NCBI GenBank assembly: GCA_046482545.1
Contig: JAWOEX010000010.1
Coordinates: forward strand, 96,001 to 160,000
DNA length: 64,000 nucleotides
Source: Candidatus Thorarchaeota archaeon
GTDB taxonomy: Archaea > Asgardarchaeota > Thorarchaeia > Thorarchaeales > Thorarchaeaceae
Direction of reading: 5' to 3'
Under the pieces are notes generated by a model, which was given only the letters and a program-made list of their open reading frames with translations, made no database searches and had not been told where the DNA came from. Positions within the stretch are counted from its first letter, which is position 1. Each line of letters starts with the position of its first letter. Position numbers and translations under genes: made by a program. Below are positions 48,375-58,436 of the stretch, in pieces.

Positions 48375-49127
48375 TCATAGATTGTAGAATTCTAGGGCAT
48401 TACTGGTAGTTATTTGCGCAATTTCGTCTTCCGGGAGGTCTAAGTGCTTTGCGAGCTTCTTACACCCAATTCTTATGTTGGCAGGTTCATTCCTATCACC
48501 TGTCGGGGATAGATAAGGGCCATCCGTCTCCAACATAATCTGATCGATCGTCATAACCTCGGCAGCTTTCCGTCGTTTTCGGTATTTATCAAAATTGGCG
48601 GGGAGTGTAATGTACCAGCCGTTATCTCGAACACGTTGGGCCACTTTAGCAGCGCCTTCAAAGCAATGCATGAGCACATTACCGTCGAAAAGTTCTTCCA
48701 GAATATTTGTTGCATCAGCTTCGGCGTCCCTAGAATGGATAACGATCGGAAGATCCAGCTCTTCGGCTAGGTCTATGAAATCAACAAATATCTCTTTCTG
48801 AACTTGACGCTTCTGCTCATCTTTCACCCAGTGATAATCCAGACCAATCTCTCCCACGGCCACAATATCATCCGCATACTTTCTTGTCATATCCATTATG
48901 GATTCGGCTTCATCTCTCGTAAGTCGGCTGACTTGAGTTCCCGGGCTATGATAAACAAATGAGGAGTATTTCTTGAGTAAACCGAGTGTTCTCCTGAATG
49001 AGGCGGTGCCTATAGAACAGGTGACCATACCCACAAGTCCAGCATCCTTAGCCCTTTGGATAACTTGTTCACGATCGTGCCGATAGTGGCGCATATCAAG
49101 ATGGGTGTGTGCGTCGAATAAATCCAT
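48375..49127 (-). CDS. tatD: TatD family DNase
   Basis: DAHTH, GEIGLDY, IHSR, MHCF and LETDGPY motifs. Confidence 0.92.
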   Translation of the reverse strand: MDLFDAHTHLDMRHYRHDREQVIQRAKDAGLVGMVTCSIGTASFRRTLGLLKKYSSFVYHSPGTQVSRLTRDEAESIMDMTRKYADDIVAVGEIGLDYHWVKDEQKRQVQKEIFVDFIDLAEELDLPIVIHSRDAEADATNILEELFDGNVLMHCFEGAAKVAQRVRDNGWYITLPANFDKYRKRRKAAEVMTIDQIMLETDGPYLSPTGDRNEPANIRIGCKKLAKHLDLPEDEIAQITTSNALEFYNL

Positions 49128-49160
49128 GATTATTGCCCCCGTTAGTGCCATTGGTATAAG

Positions 49161-49577
49161 CTAAGGAGTGGATTCCTTGTCCTTCTTGATTGCTTTGCGA
49201 ACATAGCTGGCAAAATCAGATGTCTCGCCATCTCGCTGAATCTTTATTTTGGGGCCTTCGCCTTTCAAGCGGCGTTCGATGTATCTAATCTCTTGCCGTC
49301 CTATTTGCCTCCTAATCCCTCTATAGACTATGATGGACAGAACGATACTTTCAATTCTGGATCCGATAGAAGCCTGATTTTGCTTGAGTGCGTCAAGATA
49401 CGAAAGTGCATCTGGGGTGAGAAACTTCTGTAAGATTCGTTCTCGTTCGGCCTGACTCTTCTGCTCACGCTCTTTCTGTGCTTTGAGTTTCTTTTCGCGA
49501 GCTATCATCTTGGCCATCTTTTTTCTCCTGAGCATAGCCAATTCAGGATCTTCAGGGTCATTGTCGTCCATTTCCAT
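49161..49577 (-). CDS. PDCD5/TFAR19-like dsDNA-binding protein (divergent)
   Basis: DPELAMLRRKKMA...ILQKFLTPDA..YL...KIKIQR pattern. Confidence 0.7.
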   Translation of the reverse strand: MEMDDNDPEDPELAMLRRKKMAKMIAREKKLKAQKEREQKSQAERERILQKFLTPDALSYLDALKQNQASIGSRIESIVLSIIVYRGIRRQIGRQEIRYIERRLKGEGPKIKIQRDGETSDFASYVRKAIKKDKESTP

Positions 49578-49685
49578 GACTTCGAAGCAACCCTCTAGAT
49601 TAGCCTGAAAAGGCTACCGATACGGAGGTGTGTTCATTCGGAATGAAGATGGAGTTGTATCTTTGCGAGAGTAGATTGAGCAAGT

Positions 49686-50088
49686 TCATAGTTTTCCTCC
49701 ACAATTCTCGCAATACAATCTACCTAGTTCGTTCTTGGTTCCCCAATGAGGGCAAACGACAAGATACTTCTCAGTCCTGATTTCTCGTTCGGTAATTCGA
49801 GACTTTTTCAGGCTCATGTGGTGTCCTTCCTCCACTATCCTTGGTTCTAAAGGAGTATGCTACACCAATTGCTAGGACCCCATCCATCAGCATGAGACCA
49901 ATAACAAGCTCATCTGAAGTGATAGGATATCCCTCACCATTGCTGTCAGTTGTTACTTCCTTGCCGTCATCCGTTTCGTCTGTGGTTGTCCCAGCTTGTG
50001 TTGCGGTGGTCGTAGTTGTTGTGGTTTCAGTAGTTGCAGTAATATCTGCCGTTCTGATAACCCGTTTCTTACAGTTGGGTGAACTCAA
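49686..50088 (-). pseudogene. Decayed C-terminal remnant of a surface protein (Thr linker-TM-zinc ribbon)
   Basis: Thr-rich linker, TM with an Asp, frameshift into TEREIRTEKYLVVCPHWG..CENCGGKL (Trp in place of Cys); no N-terminal domain. Confidence 0.6.
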
Positions 50089-50191
50089 CTATAGTAAAGG
50101 CTTCTTCCGATGCCGATACAACCAAAGCTTACTTTTTAGGGCAATGTAGAAGACAAGAATGTGATTGAGAGCTAACTCTCGGAGAATGAGA

Positions 50192-51139
50192 ATGTCTGAA
50201 AGTCAGAGATGCAAGTGGCTTGATAGAATCAAGAACGGTTATGCATGCAAAATCCGCAAGCAAGTGCTTCCCTTAGCTGAGGTAACTTCAAAATGCTCCA
50301 AAGCGAAGCTCGCCAAGCTTTGTGTAGGTGCCTATAAAGCCTTGACCGAAGCAGAAGAAGCCGGTCAGAAAAAGAGCACTGATACATTTCCTTGGTTGCT
50401 TCAGGCAGCACGAAACTTCCAGCAACTAGATGAAAAGGACAATGCGATTTTGGCCTTTCGAAGAGGGGTGAATCTCGCCGCGGAAATGGGTCTTGTTGCA
50501 AGAGGATACGACCTTTTCAGACAAGCACGGGAGCTCTTTGAGAGTGGGGTAGATGCCTCTGATGAAGATATTGAACAGATAAAGAAGAGACTTGCCGAGG
50601 CAGGATGGAAATTGATTGAATCAGCTGAGAGAGTCTCCGAACGGGATGTACAAGCAGACCTTCAAGCGGAATTGAAGGCGAGCATCATGGGAGGTCTAAG
50701 CCTAAAGACAGTTGAAAGAGAAGAGGAGGAGCATTTCGTCGTGGTCGACAGGAGAGAACTCTATGCAAAGAAATCAGAGGAATACCGTGAAGGTGCTCAG
50801 AAGTACTTGGAATCAGGCATAGATCACAATGCTATCCTGTTTGCCTGTATGGCCTCAGTCGCGGACCTGATGATGGGGAATGCGAAACGGGGATTAGATT
50901 ATCTCAAAGAATTTGCCAAATCTGAGGGGTTAAAACAAAAGCTACGAAACAACGTTTGTTTCAAATGGGTCAAACTTCTCTTCAAAGGTGCTATAGAGCA
51001 TGACATAGAGGCATTAGATCAAGCACGAACGGTCTTTCTGCAGGTCCCATTCGCTTTCAAGAATGATAGCGAATTCGGTAGACGCGTGATGGATAGCATT
51101 TACAGAAAAGTTAACGAGGAATCCGAAGTTTCGAAATGA
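50192..51139 (+). CDS. Alpha-solenoid/TPR-like protein with Cys-containing N-terminus
   Basis: Repeating amphipathic helices; four Cys in the first 45 aa. Confidence 0.6.
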   Translation: MSESQRCKWLDRIKNGYACKIRKQVLPLAEVTSKCSKAKLAKLCVGAYKALTEAEEAGQKKSTDTFPWLLQAARNFQQLDEKDNAILAFRRGVNLAAEMGLVARGYDLFRQARELFESGVDASDEDIEQIKKRLAEAGWKLIESAERVSERDVQADLQAELKASIMGGLSLKTVEREEEEHFVVVDRRELYAKKSEEYREGAQKYLESGIDHNAILFACMASVADLMMGNAKRGLDYLKEFAKSEGLKQKLRNNVCFKWVKLLFKGAIEHDIEALDQARTVFLQVPFAFKNDSEFGRRVMDSIYRKVNEESEVSK

Positions 51140-52460
51140 AAAATCCATTCGTTTTGTCAATATGTGGAAATGGACGGCGTACCTTGTCACTACACTTGAA
51201 TCCTGCATACCCTCGAGAACAATCCAAATCAATATCAACTAGCTCAATGTTGTGTGAATTCATCGCTGAGTCAATCTGGGACTCACCTTCGTGGGGTAAT
51301 AGCGAACATGTAGCATAAAGAATCTCGACTCCAGGAGAGTCTTTGAATGCCGTGATGATAGAATCAAGTATCTTGTGCTGAACAGTCATCATGGTGGAAA
51401 GATACTCTTTGTTCAGTCGCCATTTGTAGGATGGATCGCGCTGAAGAATGCCAGTAGAAGTGCAAGGAGCGTCGATCAGAATCTTGTCGATATTCCGAAC
51501 TGGAGGGTACGAAGCATCGGCCAGAAGCCATTGAGAAGAATCGCATCCCATCTCTCGGCATCTGTTGTGTCCAAGACGCATGCGCTCGGGATAGACATCG
51601 CTGGCTACCAATCTGCCCCTTGACCCAAGTATCTCAGCGATTAGCTGTGTTTTCATTCCAGGGGCTGCACATGAATCCCAGACTGTATCATTCTTGTTTG
51701 GTGCGAGAACATCGACTGCAATCACACTTGCCTTATCATGAATTAGTAGCCGGCCATCTTGAAAAATCTCGGACTGGACTACCTTGTCAATTCCCTCCGT
51801 AACATGATATAAATTCGCAAAGTCTTCATCGGGCACGAATCTGACATCAGTGTTCTTCATTAAATCCGTTCGATTCTCTTCTGGTACAAGCAAGCGGTTT
51901 ACTCGGACGTAATGCTCGGGAGTAGCGTTGTTTGCTTTCATCAGCTCGATAGCTTCCCTTTCAGGAAGATGTTCCAGAAGTGTGTGCACCATAAAGGTTG
52001 GATGTGATAGCCTAATACTTAGTTGACCTACACGATCAAAATGGGCAATTGCATCTTCGACATCAAGTGTGAGGGCCCTCCGAATAGCTTCTGTCAGCTC
52101 ATCCCCATTTTCCAGATACTGGTTTTTTAGGGTCTTGAACGAAACTCGCAACCATCGTCCCTCAAAAATAGCCAAGCGTAACATTGCTCTTCTGGGTATC
52201 GATAAGGAGCTAGGGCTTCGGTTTCTCAATACCCTCGCTATGATGAAATCAATCGTATTGAGGCGCTTGAGAACCCCCAATACAAGCATATTCAGAGATG
52301 CCGCTTGCGCACCAGAAAGACCTGTCCTCTTAGCTGTATCTCGCAGTATCGTTCTTGCTGATGCTGAAATCCTTTCATATCTTGAAAGTGTTGAAACCGC
52401 AAGATTTCGAATTCTCGAGTCAGGGCTGATCGCATTCGAACTCAAATTCGTCACATTCAC
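51111..52460 (-). CDS. RsmB/Sun-family RNA m5C methyltransferase with NusB-like domain
   Basis: DSCAAPGMKT, DAPCTSTG, YATCS and GFFI motifs. Confidence 0.9.
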   Translation of the reverse strand: MNVTNLSSNAISPDSRIRNLAVSTLSRYERISASARTILRDTAKRTGLSGAQAASLNMLVLGVLKRLNTIDFIIARVLRNRSPSSLSIPRRAMLRLAIFEGRWLRVSFKTLKNQYLENGDELTEAIRRALTLDVEDAIAHFDRVGQLSIRLSHPTFMVHTLLEHLPEREAIELMKANNATPEHYVRVNRLLVPEENRTDLMKNTDVRFVPDEDFANLYHVTEGIDKVVQSEIFQDGRLLIHDKASVIAVDVLAPNKNDTVWDSCAAPGMKTQLIAEILGSRGRLVASDVYPERMRLGHNRCREMGCDSSQWLLADASYPPVRNIDKILIDAPCTSTGILQRDPSYKWRLNKEYLSTMMTVQHKILDSIITAFKDSPGVEILYATCSLLPHEGESQIDSAMNSHNIELVDIDLDCSRGYAGFKCSDKVRRPFPHIDKTNGFFISKLRIPR

Positions 52461-54127
52461 AGGTTTGGGCTATTTGGGCCGCTGTGCACGTACTTCATAC
52501 GGGAGAGCATAACGGGGAAAAACTTCCCACCGATGATGCCAGAATCCTTGTATCCGCCCAGATGTGGCATATGGGGGTCGAAGTACAAATGATCCTGATT
52601 AATAGTCACACCGGCTGCTTCAATGCCTTTGGTCCACTTCTGAATAACCGATTCATCTTCAGTAAACACCGAAGAACGTAAGCCAAAACGGGAAGCATTG
52701 GCGATGGAAATTGCTTGATCAACGCTGCTAACTGAGAGAACTGGCAGAGCTGGAGCAAATACTTCTTCTCGCATAATGGCCATATCCTGTTTGACATTTG
52801 TCAGGACAGTGGGCTCGTAGAACAGGCCAGCAGGGTCTTCCTCGCTCAGATAATTAAGACGTCGTCCACCCGTAACAACTTCCGCGCCTTTGGCTCGGGC
52901 ATCTTTCATTTGGTTCAGTAAACCGTAGAGCGCATTGATACCAAGAGGAGGTAGATCAGTTTCGGGATTTGAGGGGCGACCAACGTTCAGCTTTCTTGCT
53001 TCCTCCACAACCCGCTCAACTAAATCGTCATGAAGATCCTCTTGGACCAGCAATCTCTTGATAGCCATACAAGCTTGACCACTTCCGAGATATCTTCCTT
53101 TAACAATCATCCGAGCGGCAAAGTCGAGGTCAACATCACGCCCCCAAACAAGACAGGCGTCGCTTCCAGCCAGTTCAGGAGCCATTTGGATCCTTCTAGA
53201 CAAAGCCTTCGACCAAAGCTGAATACCTGTATCACTATCACCATACCAGACAATTGCGCTTGTTCGGGAATCATCCATGAATCTCTTCATGAGCTCCTTG
53301 CCGCCGCCAGTCAGAACCTGTACCATCGCTTTCGGAAAGCCCATTTCCAAGAAACGGTTCATGAACACCCGACCCAAGAGTATGGTGCTCAGAGGGACCT
53401 TGCTTGGCGGCTTGATAATAGTGGCATTTCCAGCCAGAATCGATGAGGTTATGCTCAGAATCCCCAAAGCGAGAGGTGAATTGTAGGGGGTGAAGAGACA
53501 AGCTACTCCGTAAGGCTCTCTGAAGCGATAGTTATTCCCTCCATCACGGCCCGGGTCTTCTTGGATATCAAGCTGCTCAGCCCAGATTTCAAAGGTTTCC
53601 CTTTCCAGATATTCAGTAAACATATCCCACGTCCATTCAAATGTCTTGATAGGGACACCCTCTTTGATAGAAACTTCACGGACTTCTTGGAACCTCTCTT
53701 TCACATCAAGGCCCGCTTTGTAGAGACCTTCAACCCTGTCTTCAATTGTGAGACCGTTTCCCGAAGTCTTGAGAGGGTTGAAGAGCTGTTTATGGTCGCG
53801 CACACCCACACCTAGCGCTTCGTCGATGTCCTTTTCTCGAGAGAGGCATACTTGAGCATACATAACCTCCTCCAACTCATCTTTCGAATATTCCGGTACG
53901 CCATGATGCTTTCTGTAGTCGCGGAGATACCTCATAGCCCCCTGATTGGATGGGATGAGCCAAGGTAACTTTGTGAAGGCTAATCTCTCAAATGTAGAAG
54001 CTTCTTGCAGCTGGAGTGCTATGGCTAATCCAGGATCAGCTACAACTGCATCCATATCTGGGAATCTTACGTAGTTTCCTGTATCTACAGTATGAGAATC
54101 AACCAAAATGGGGTAAAGGCTCATCAC
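52457..54127 (-). CDS. Aldehyde dehydrogenase family protein (divergent)
   Basis: PYNSP, PELAG, SGQAC (catalytic Cys), EEVFAP and GGYKDSG motifs. Confidence 0.85.
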   Translation of the reverse strand: MMSLYPILVDSHTVDTGNYVRFPDMDAVVADPGLAIALQLQEASTFERLAFTKLPWLIPSNQGAMRYLRDYRKHHGVPEYSKDELEEVMYAQVCLSREKDIDEALGVGVRDHKQLFNPLKTSGNGLTIEDRVEGLYKAGLDVKERFQEVREVSIKEGVPIKTFEWTWDMFTEYLERETFEIWAEQLDIQEDPGRDGGNNYRFREPYGVACLFTPYNSPLALGILSITSSILAGNATIIKPPSKVPLSTILLGRVFMNRFLEMGFPKAMVQVLTGGGKELMKRFMDDSRTSAIVWYGDSDTGIQLWSKALSRRIQMAPELAGSDACLVWGRDVDLDFAARMIVKGRYLGSGQACMAIKRLLVQEDLHDDLVERVVEEARKLNVGRPSNPETDLPPLGINALYGLLNQMKDARAKGAEVVTGGRRLNYLSEEDPAGLFYEPTVLTNVKQDMAIMREEVFAPALPVLSVSSVDQAISIANASRFGLRSSVFTEDESVIQKWTKGIEAAGVTINQDHLYFDPHMPHLGGYKDSGIIGGKFFPVMLSRMKYVHSGPNSPNL

Positions 54128-54188
54128 TAATCCTCTTCTAGCTTCTCAAGTCATAACGGCAATACAGCAGCTCTAAGAATATTTCGGC

Positions 54189-54677
54189 CTAGTCCAATGG
54201 CCTTTCGTACATCTGAACTAGCATACCATCTGTTTGTTCATAAGGTTCGCCCCATGGTTTGAAGCCGAATTTCTCCATCAATCGTTCGCCTACCTCATAT
54301 CCAGCTAGAATGTTACAGTAATTCCTTTCACAACCATGCTCGCGTCCGTACTCAGCAAACTGTTTGTACATGGCAGATGCCAACCCCGACCCACAGCACT
54401 CAGGTGCCACTGTCTGATGCTCTCCGTACAGTCCCTTGTCGGTAATCTTTGCTTTGTATACGCCCACTATTTTCCCTCTGAGTCTGCTGCCGAAGTAGTG
54501 GTACCCTTCGTGCATTTCTTCAATGATTTGCTCCGGTTCATAAGCTCGTGATTCCCGCCAGTGCTTCGGATAGACCTTTGCCGTCGGCCAGACCTCTTTA
54601 AACAGCTCCGAGATTTCCTCAGCATCTTCTTCATCGAATTCGACTATTACAATCTCGTCAGCTGGAATATGAGCCAT
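54189..54677 (-). CDS. GNAT acetyltransferase
   Basis: V.PE..GSGLA acetyl-CoA motif and KFGF. Confidence 0.8.
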   Translation of the reverse strand: MAHIPADEIVIVEFDEEDAEEISELFKEVWPTAKVYPKHWRESRAYEPEQIIEEMHEGYHYFGSRLRGKIVGVYKAKITDKGLYGEHQTVAPECCGSGLASAMYKQFAEYGREHGCERNYCNILAGYEVGERLMEKFGFKPWGEPYEQTDGMLVQMYERPLD

Positions 54678-54733
54678 GGGATGCTAGTCTCCCATTCTTT
54701 ATGAATGAGAACGTGCTCATAAATGAAATGGAA

Positions 54734-55858
54734 TTAACAATAGATTTTTGCCCAAGCGTATGCTTCTTGGATGGGGGTGCAAGCACCGCATTTGTGGCAC
54801 CCAGCAACGGTTTCCTTCGGGTTAAGGTTATATTGGAATAGAATTTTCCCCACATTCTTGTAAAATTCCAGAGTTTCATCAAGATTCGAAATATAAGAGG
54901 GGCGGTAATCTTTCAGCTCACTCCGATAAGCTGGGCGTACTGGAGCTACAACCGGAAGAACACCCATTTTGGCAATTTTTCTCATGAATCGCAATATGGA
55001 TTCGTGATTTTCACCAAAACCATGAAGCAAAAATGTGCTCACATGACCTCGTTCAAAGTGTTCTAATGCGTATTCCCAGCTCTTCAGGTATAGCTGGACT
55101 GTTCCGTGTTCAGCCTTCCCGGGGCAGATTCGCTTTCTCAGCTCTTCGTCAGCAATTTCAAGATGCATACCAAGAGCGTCAGCTCCTGCTTCGGATACGC
55201 GGGATATGTAGGAATTCTGTTTCGGCGGCTCAAATTGCACACCTATGGGGATGTCACTAATTTCTCGAATCGCCCGGATTGTCTTCTCCATCCGTAAAGC
55301 ACCCATGTCATCCGAAGGGGGAGTTCCTGTTGTTAGAAGTACATCTTTTGCTACACCTTCATTTTCAGCTTCAGCCACTACTTCTGCTAGTTGAGAAGAT
55401 GTTTTCTCCAAGAGTGTGTTACCATTCCTGTATGATAGCGGAATGGTACAGAACTGGCATTGAGTGCCACACTCCCAGTATCTGCAGGTTTGGTACAAGG
55501 TTGTAGCAAGAGTCCCCGTACCATGAAGAAGCGCAATCTTCCGATATGGGACCCCGTCGTCTGTTTTCTTCTCATAGAATCTTGGATGGGGAACCATTTG
55601 GAGTTCAACCATATCATCATAGACCCATACCATCGGGTCTTCAGTGGCCTCTAGAGGAGCAGAACCGTATTCGCTAGCTTCATTCCCCCGTCTTATTGGA
55701 ATCCCACAAGTAGTCCCATTGGGTAGGATGAAATATCGACCTTTGACAGGGCCAGCTCCACCCGTTCTTCCACCATATTCTTCGGGCGGAAGTGTGGCTC
55801 CTTCAGTAAGAAGGCGAGCTTTCAAACGAAGGACACGTTCTGGATCCATTGAACTCAC
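54734..55858 (-). CDS. Radical SAM protein, MSMEG_0568/LipS1-like
   Basis: GRTGGAGP, LATT..QTC-x8-C-x2-C, LTTGT, PGKA and C-terminal AGCHKCGAC. Confidence 0.8.
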   Translation of the reverse strand: MSSMDPERVLRLKARLLTEGATLPPEEYGGRTGGAGPVKGRYFILPNGTTCGIPIRRGNEASEYGSAPLEATEDPMVWVYDDMVELQMVPHPRFYEKKTDDGVPYRKIALLHGTGTLATTLYQTCRYWECGTQCQFCTIPLSYRNGNTLLEKTSSQLAEVVAEAENEGVAKDVLLTTGTPPSDDMGALRMEKTIRAIREISDIPIGVQFEPPKQNSYISRVSEAGADALGMHLEIADEELRKRICPGKAEHGTVQLYLKSWEYALEHFERGHVSTFLLHGFGENHESILRFMRKIAKMGVLPVVAPVRPAYRSELKDYRPSYISNLDETLEFYKNVGKILFQYNLNPKETVAGCHKCGACTPIQEAYAWAKIYC

Positions 55859-55878
55859 ACATTCTTTTCTCTGTAGCC

Positions 55879-57012
55879 CTAATCTCTCTTAGCTTTCCGG
55901 CTATCTGATGAGCTATTCATAGCTTTGAGTACGACCTCGGGTAAATCAAGAACTTGAATTGCTTCTCCTGCCTGTCTGGCCAACATGTTTTTGCAGAACG
56001 GGCAAGCCGTAACCAGAACATCCGCTCCTGTCCTAGCAGCTTCAGAAACTCGCTCCTGACCGATATTGCCCGCATGATCAGGAAAAAGCGTCCTCAATCC
56101 TGCACCATTTCCACAGCATAAGGAATCATCACGGTTGCGCTCCATTTCATGGATACCGTTTGAACTGACCGCGTTTAGAGCTTGCCTTGGTTCTTCATAG
56201 ATGCCCATATGTCGACCCAAATGGCAAGGGTCATGATAGGTCAGAGAGGTATCGGTCATCTCGATATCAATCTCGTCCATATTCTCACTTAGAAACTGGC
56301 TGATGTGTTGCACTGGTTTATTGATTTCAAGCCCCTGTTCTGCATAATCAAGAGAAAGCGCTTTGTAACAACCAGGACAGGTCACGACAATCACTGAAGC
56401 GTCAATAGCATTGAGAATCTCAGCATTGTGTTCTGCTTGTTCAAGAGCTTCATTTCTGAAGCCAGTTCTGAACAGAGGAGAGGCGCAACACCACTCCTCA
56501 TCTGTAATGATAACGTCGTAGTGTAGATGTGACAGCAAATCCACTGTCGCTTCTGCAATTTCCCGTTCTCTGTATACAGCAGTACATCCTGTAAAATAGA
56601 TAACACGTTCTTTTCCGTCCTCTTTAGATTCTAGCCAATCATTGCGTTTGGAATGCGGCTCACCGAAGGGATTATGATCTGTAAGAACGGCATCTACCAT
56701 AGAATCAAGTGCGGGGGGATATCGTTTCTCATCCACTAGTTCAACCCTGACTTTTTCCACAATGTCAGCTATGTCAATCTCCGGCAAACACCATGTCAAA
56801 CAATTGGAGCACTCCAAACACTGATACAGAACTTCAATGCCCCGCTCATCCAGAGAACGTGTTCCTGTAACATGTTGATGAATGAGAAGAGCTCTTCCGT
56901 GAGGGGTTGGAGAATCCGAACGCCACGAAATGAAAGTCGGACAAGCATGTCTGCAAAGCTTGGGACACGCTGCGCACATCCGCACATCTTCCTGTGACTC
57001 TTCAGATAGCAT
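55879..57012 (-). CDS. Fe-S oxidoreductase, HdrD/GlpC-like with two CCG domains
   Basis: CAACPKLCRHACP, CLECSNC...CL, FTGC, CCA, YHDPCHLGR, CCG and ACPFC motifs. Confidence 0.88.
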   Translation of the reverse strand: MLSEESQEDVRMCAACPKLCRHACPTFISWRSDSPTPHGRALLIHQHVTGTRSLDERGIEVLYQCLECSNCLTWCLPEIDIADIVEKVRVELVDEKRYPPALDSMVDAVLTDHNPFGEPHSKRNDWLESKEDGKERVIYFTGCTAVYREREIAEATVDLLSHLHYDVIITDEEWCCASPLFRTGFRNEALEQAEHNAEILNAIDASVIVVTCPGCYKALSLDYAEQGLEINKPVQHISQFLSENMDEIDIEMTDTSLTYHDPCHLGRHMGIYEEPRQALNAVSSNGIHEMERNRDDSLCCGNGAGLRTLFPDHAGNIGQERVSEAARTGADVLVTACPFCKNMLARQAGEAIQVLDLPEVVLKAMNSSSDSRKAKRD

Positions 57013-58436
57013 TAGCGCACCCCCAACCCGAGCTTGCCGGGGTTCATAATGCCATTCGGATCAAGCTCATCCTTGATTTTCTTCAATACCCCAAATCCTG
57101 ATTCCAACTCATCCTCAACATACGTGCTCCGAAGGATCCCAACCCCATGCTGATGACTCATCGTTCCGCCATTCTTCAAGCATGCTTCAACACCGTCATC
57201 CCAGATTTTCTCATAGGTATTCCAAGCGGTTTCTGCATCGGGTTGTGAGCTGAAGAAAATCATGTAGATGGACCCCCCATTTTCATACATGTGGCTGAAG
57301 TGTGAAAGGACAAATGCTCCATGTTTTTCCATGGCCTCTTTCATACCATGATAAACATCCTCAAGGCAATCGTAAGTGGCTACAATGTCAATTGTATCAC
57401 CAATGGCATAACCACCGGTAGTGAGCTTTGTCGGGTAATACATATCGTAGCGGTGCTCCCACCAGTATTGTGAAGGCTCAACACCGAAGTCTTCACCACC
57501 TTCTTCAAGATAGATTTCTGTGCTGACCTGTTCATCAAGTTCAACCTGCTCTAGACGGCCATCAAAAGCCAGCAATAGCATGCAATCACCCTCAGGAACA
57601 TCAAAGCGTGTAGAAATGTGCATTGCGGTGTCCTCCGGGTCATATAGTCTGACTACTGATGGTTTAAGACCTGCTCTGAAGATACGCTTGATTGCCTGCA
57701 AACCACTATGAACATCAGGAAAGCTCATACTACGGAATCGGCGTTCCTCCGGCCTTGGGAAGAGCCTCACCGTAGCCTCAGTGATTATTCCGAGTGTTCC
57801 CTCGGATCCAATGAATAACTCACGAAGATCAGGCCCAACAGAGTGCCTAGGAACCGCCTTGCATCTCGTTATCGTACCATCAGGAAGAACAACCTTGAGT
57901 CCTAGTGTGAGGTCCTCAATTTTGCCGTACTTCGAAGACATGGATCCTCCAGACCGCGTAGCAATGAACCCGCCAAGATTAGAAGCTCTCATGGATGTAG
58001 GCGTATGACCAGTGATGTAACCGTGACGGTTGACTTCCCGCTCCAACTCGATTCCTATGATTCCAGCCTGAGCAGTCACTAGCATGGATTCCTCATCTAT
58101 GCTAAGAATCTTGTTCATCCTCTTGAGGTCTAGTTGAATACCACCATAGATAGGCAAGGTGCCACCGCATACGCCAGCTCCACCGCCTACTGGAATCACT
58201 GGAATTTTCATCTCATTCGCCAGTTTCAGAACGGCAGCTATTTCTTCCTCATCTGCAGGAAATACAACGAAATCAGCTTTGGGAAGAATCTCCCCAGCGC
58301 GAATCTTAGCCTCGCTTAGCGGCCAAGCATCGTGAGCATTGAGAATCGCATCTGTTTCCTGGGTATATACGTGCGCTTCACCAACTATTTCTACAAGAGT
58401 TTTAAGAGCTTGATTCTTGGTTTCAGCATCAATCAT
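57012..58436 (-). CDS. FAD-linked oxidase, alkyl-dihydroxyacetonephosphate synthase-like
   Basis: GHTPTS, GGFIATRSGG..S.KYGKIED, PRHSVGPD, VRLYD, GSIY and GGTMSHQHGVG motifs. Confidence 0.8.
   Translation of the reverse strand: MIDAETKNQALKTLVEIVGEAHVYTQETDAILNAHDAWPLSEAKIRAGEILPKADFVVFPADEEEIAAVLKLANEMKIPVIPVGGGAGVCGGTLPIYGGIQLDLKRMNKILSIDEESMLVTAQAGIIGIELEREVNRHGYITGHTPTSMRASNLGGFIATRSGGSMSSKYGKIEDLTLGLKVVLPDGTITRCKAVPRHSVGPDLRELFIGSEGTLGIITEATVRLFPRPEERRFRSMSFPDVHSGLQAIKRIFRAGLKPSVVRLYDPEDTAMHISTRFDVPEGDCMLLLAFDGRLEQVELDEQVSTEIYLEEGGEDFGVEPSQYWWEHRYDMYYPTKLTTGGYAIGDTIDIVATYDCLEDVYHGMKEAMEKHGAFVLSHFSHMYENGGSIYMIFFSSQPDAETAWNTYEKIWDDGVEACLKNGGTMSHQHGVGILRSTYVEDELESGFGVLKKIKDELDPNGIMNPGKLGLGVR

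Noticed and set aside
50192-51139. alpha-SNAP homolog
   Set aside because: Only a generic helical-repeat pattern; no specific motif recognisable
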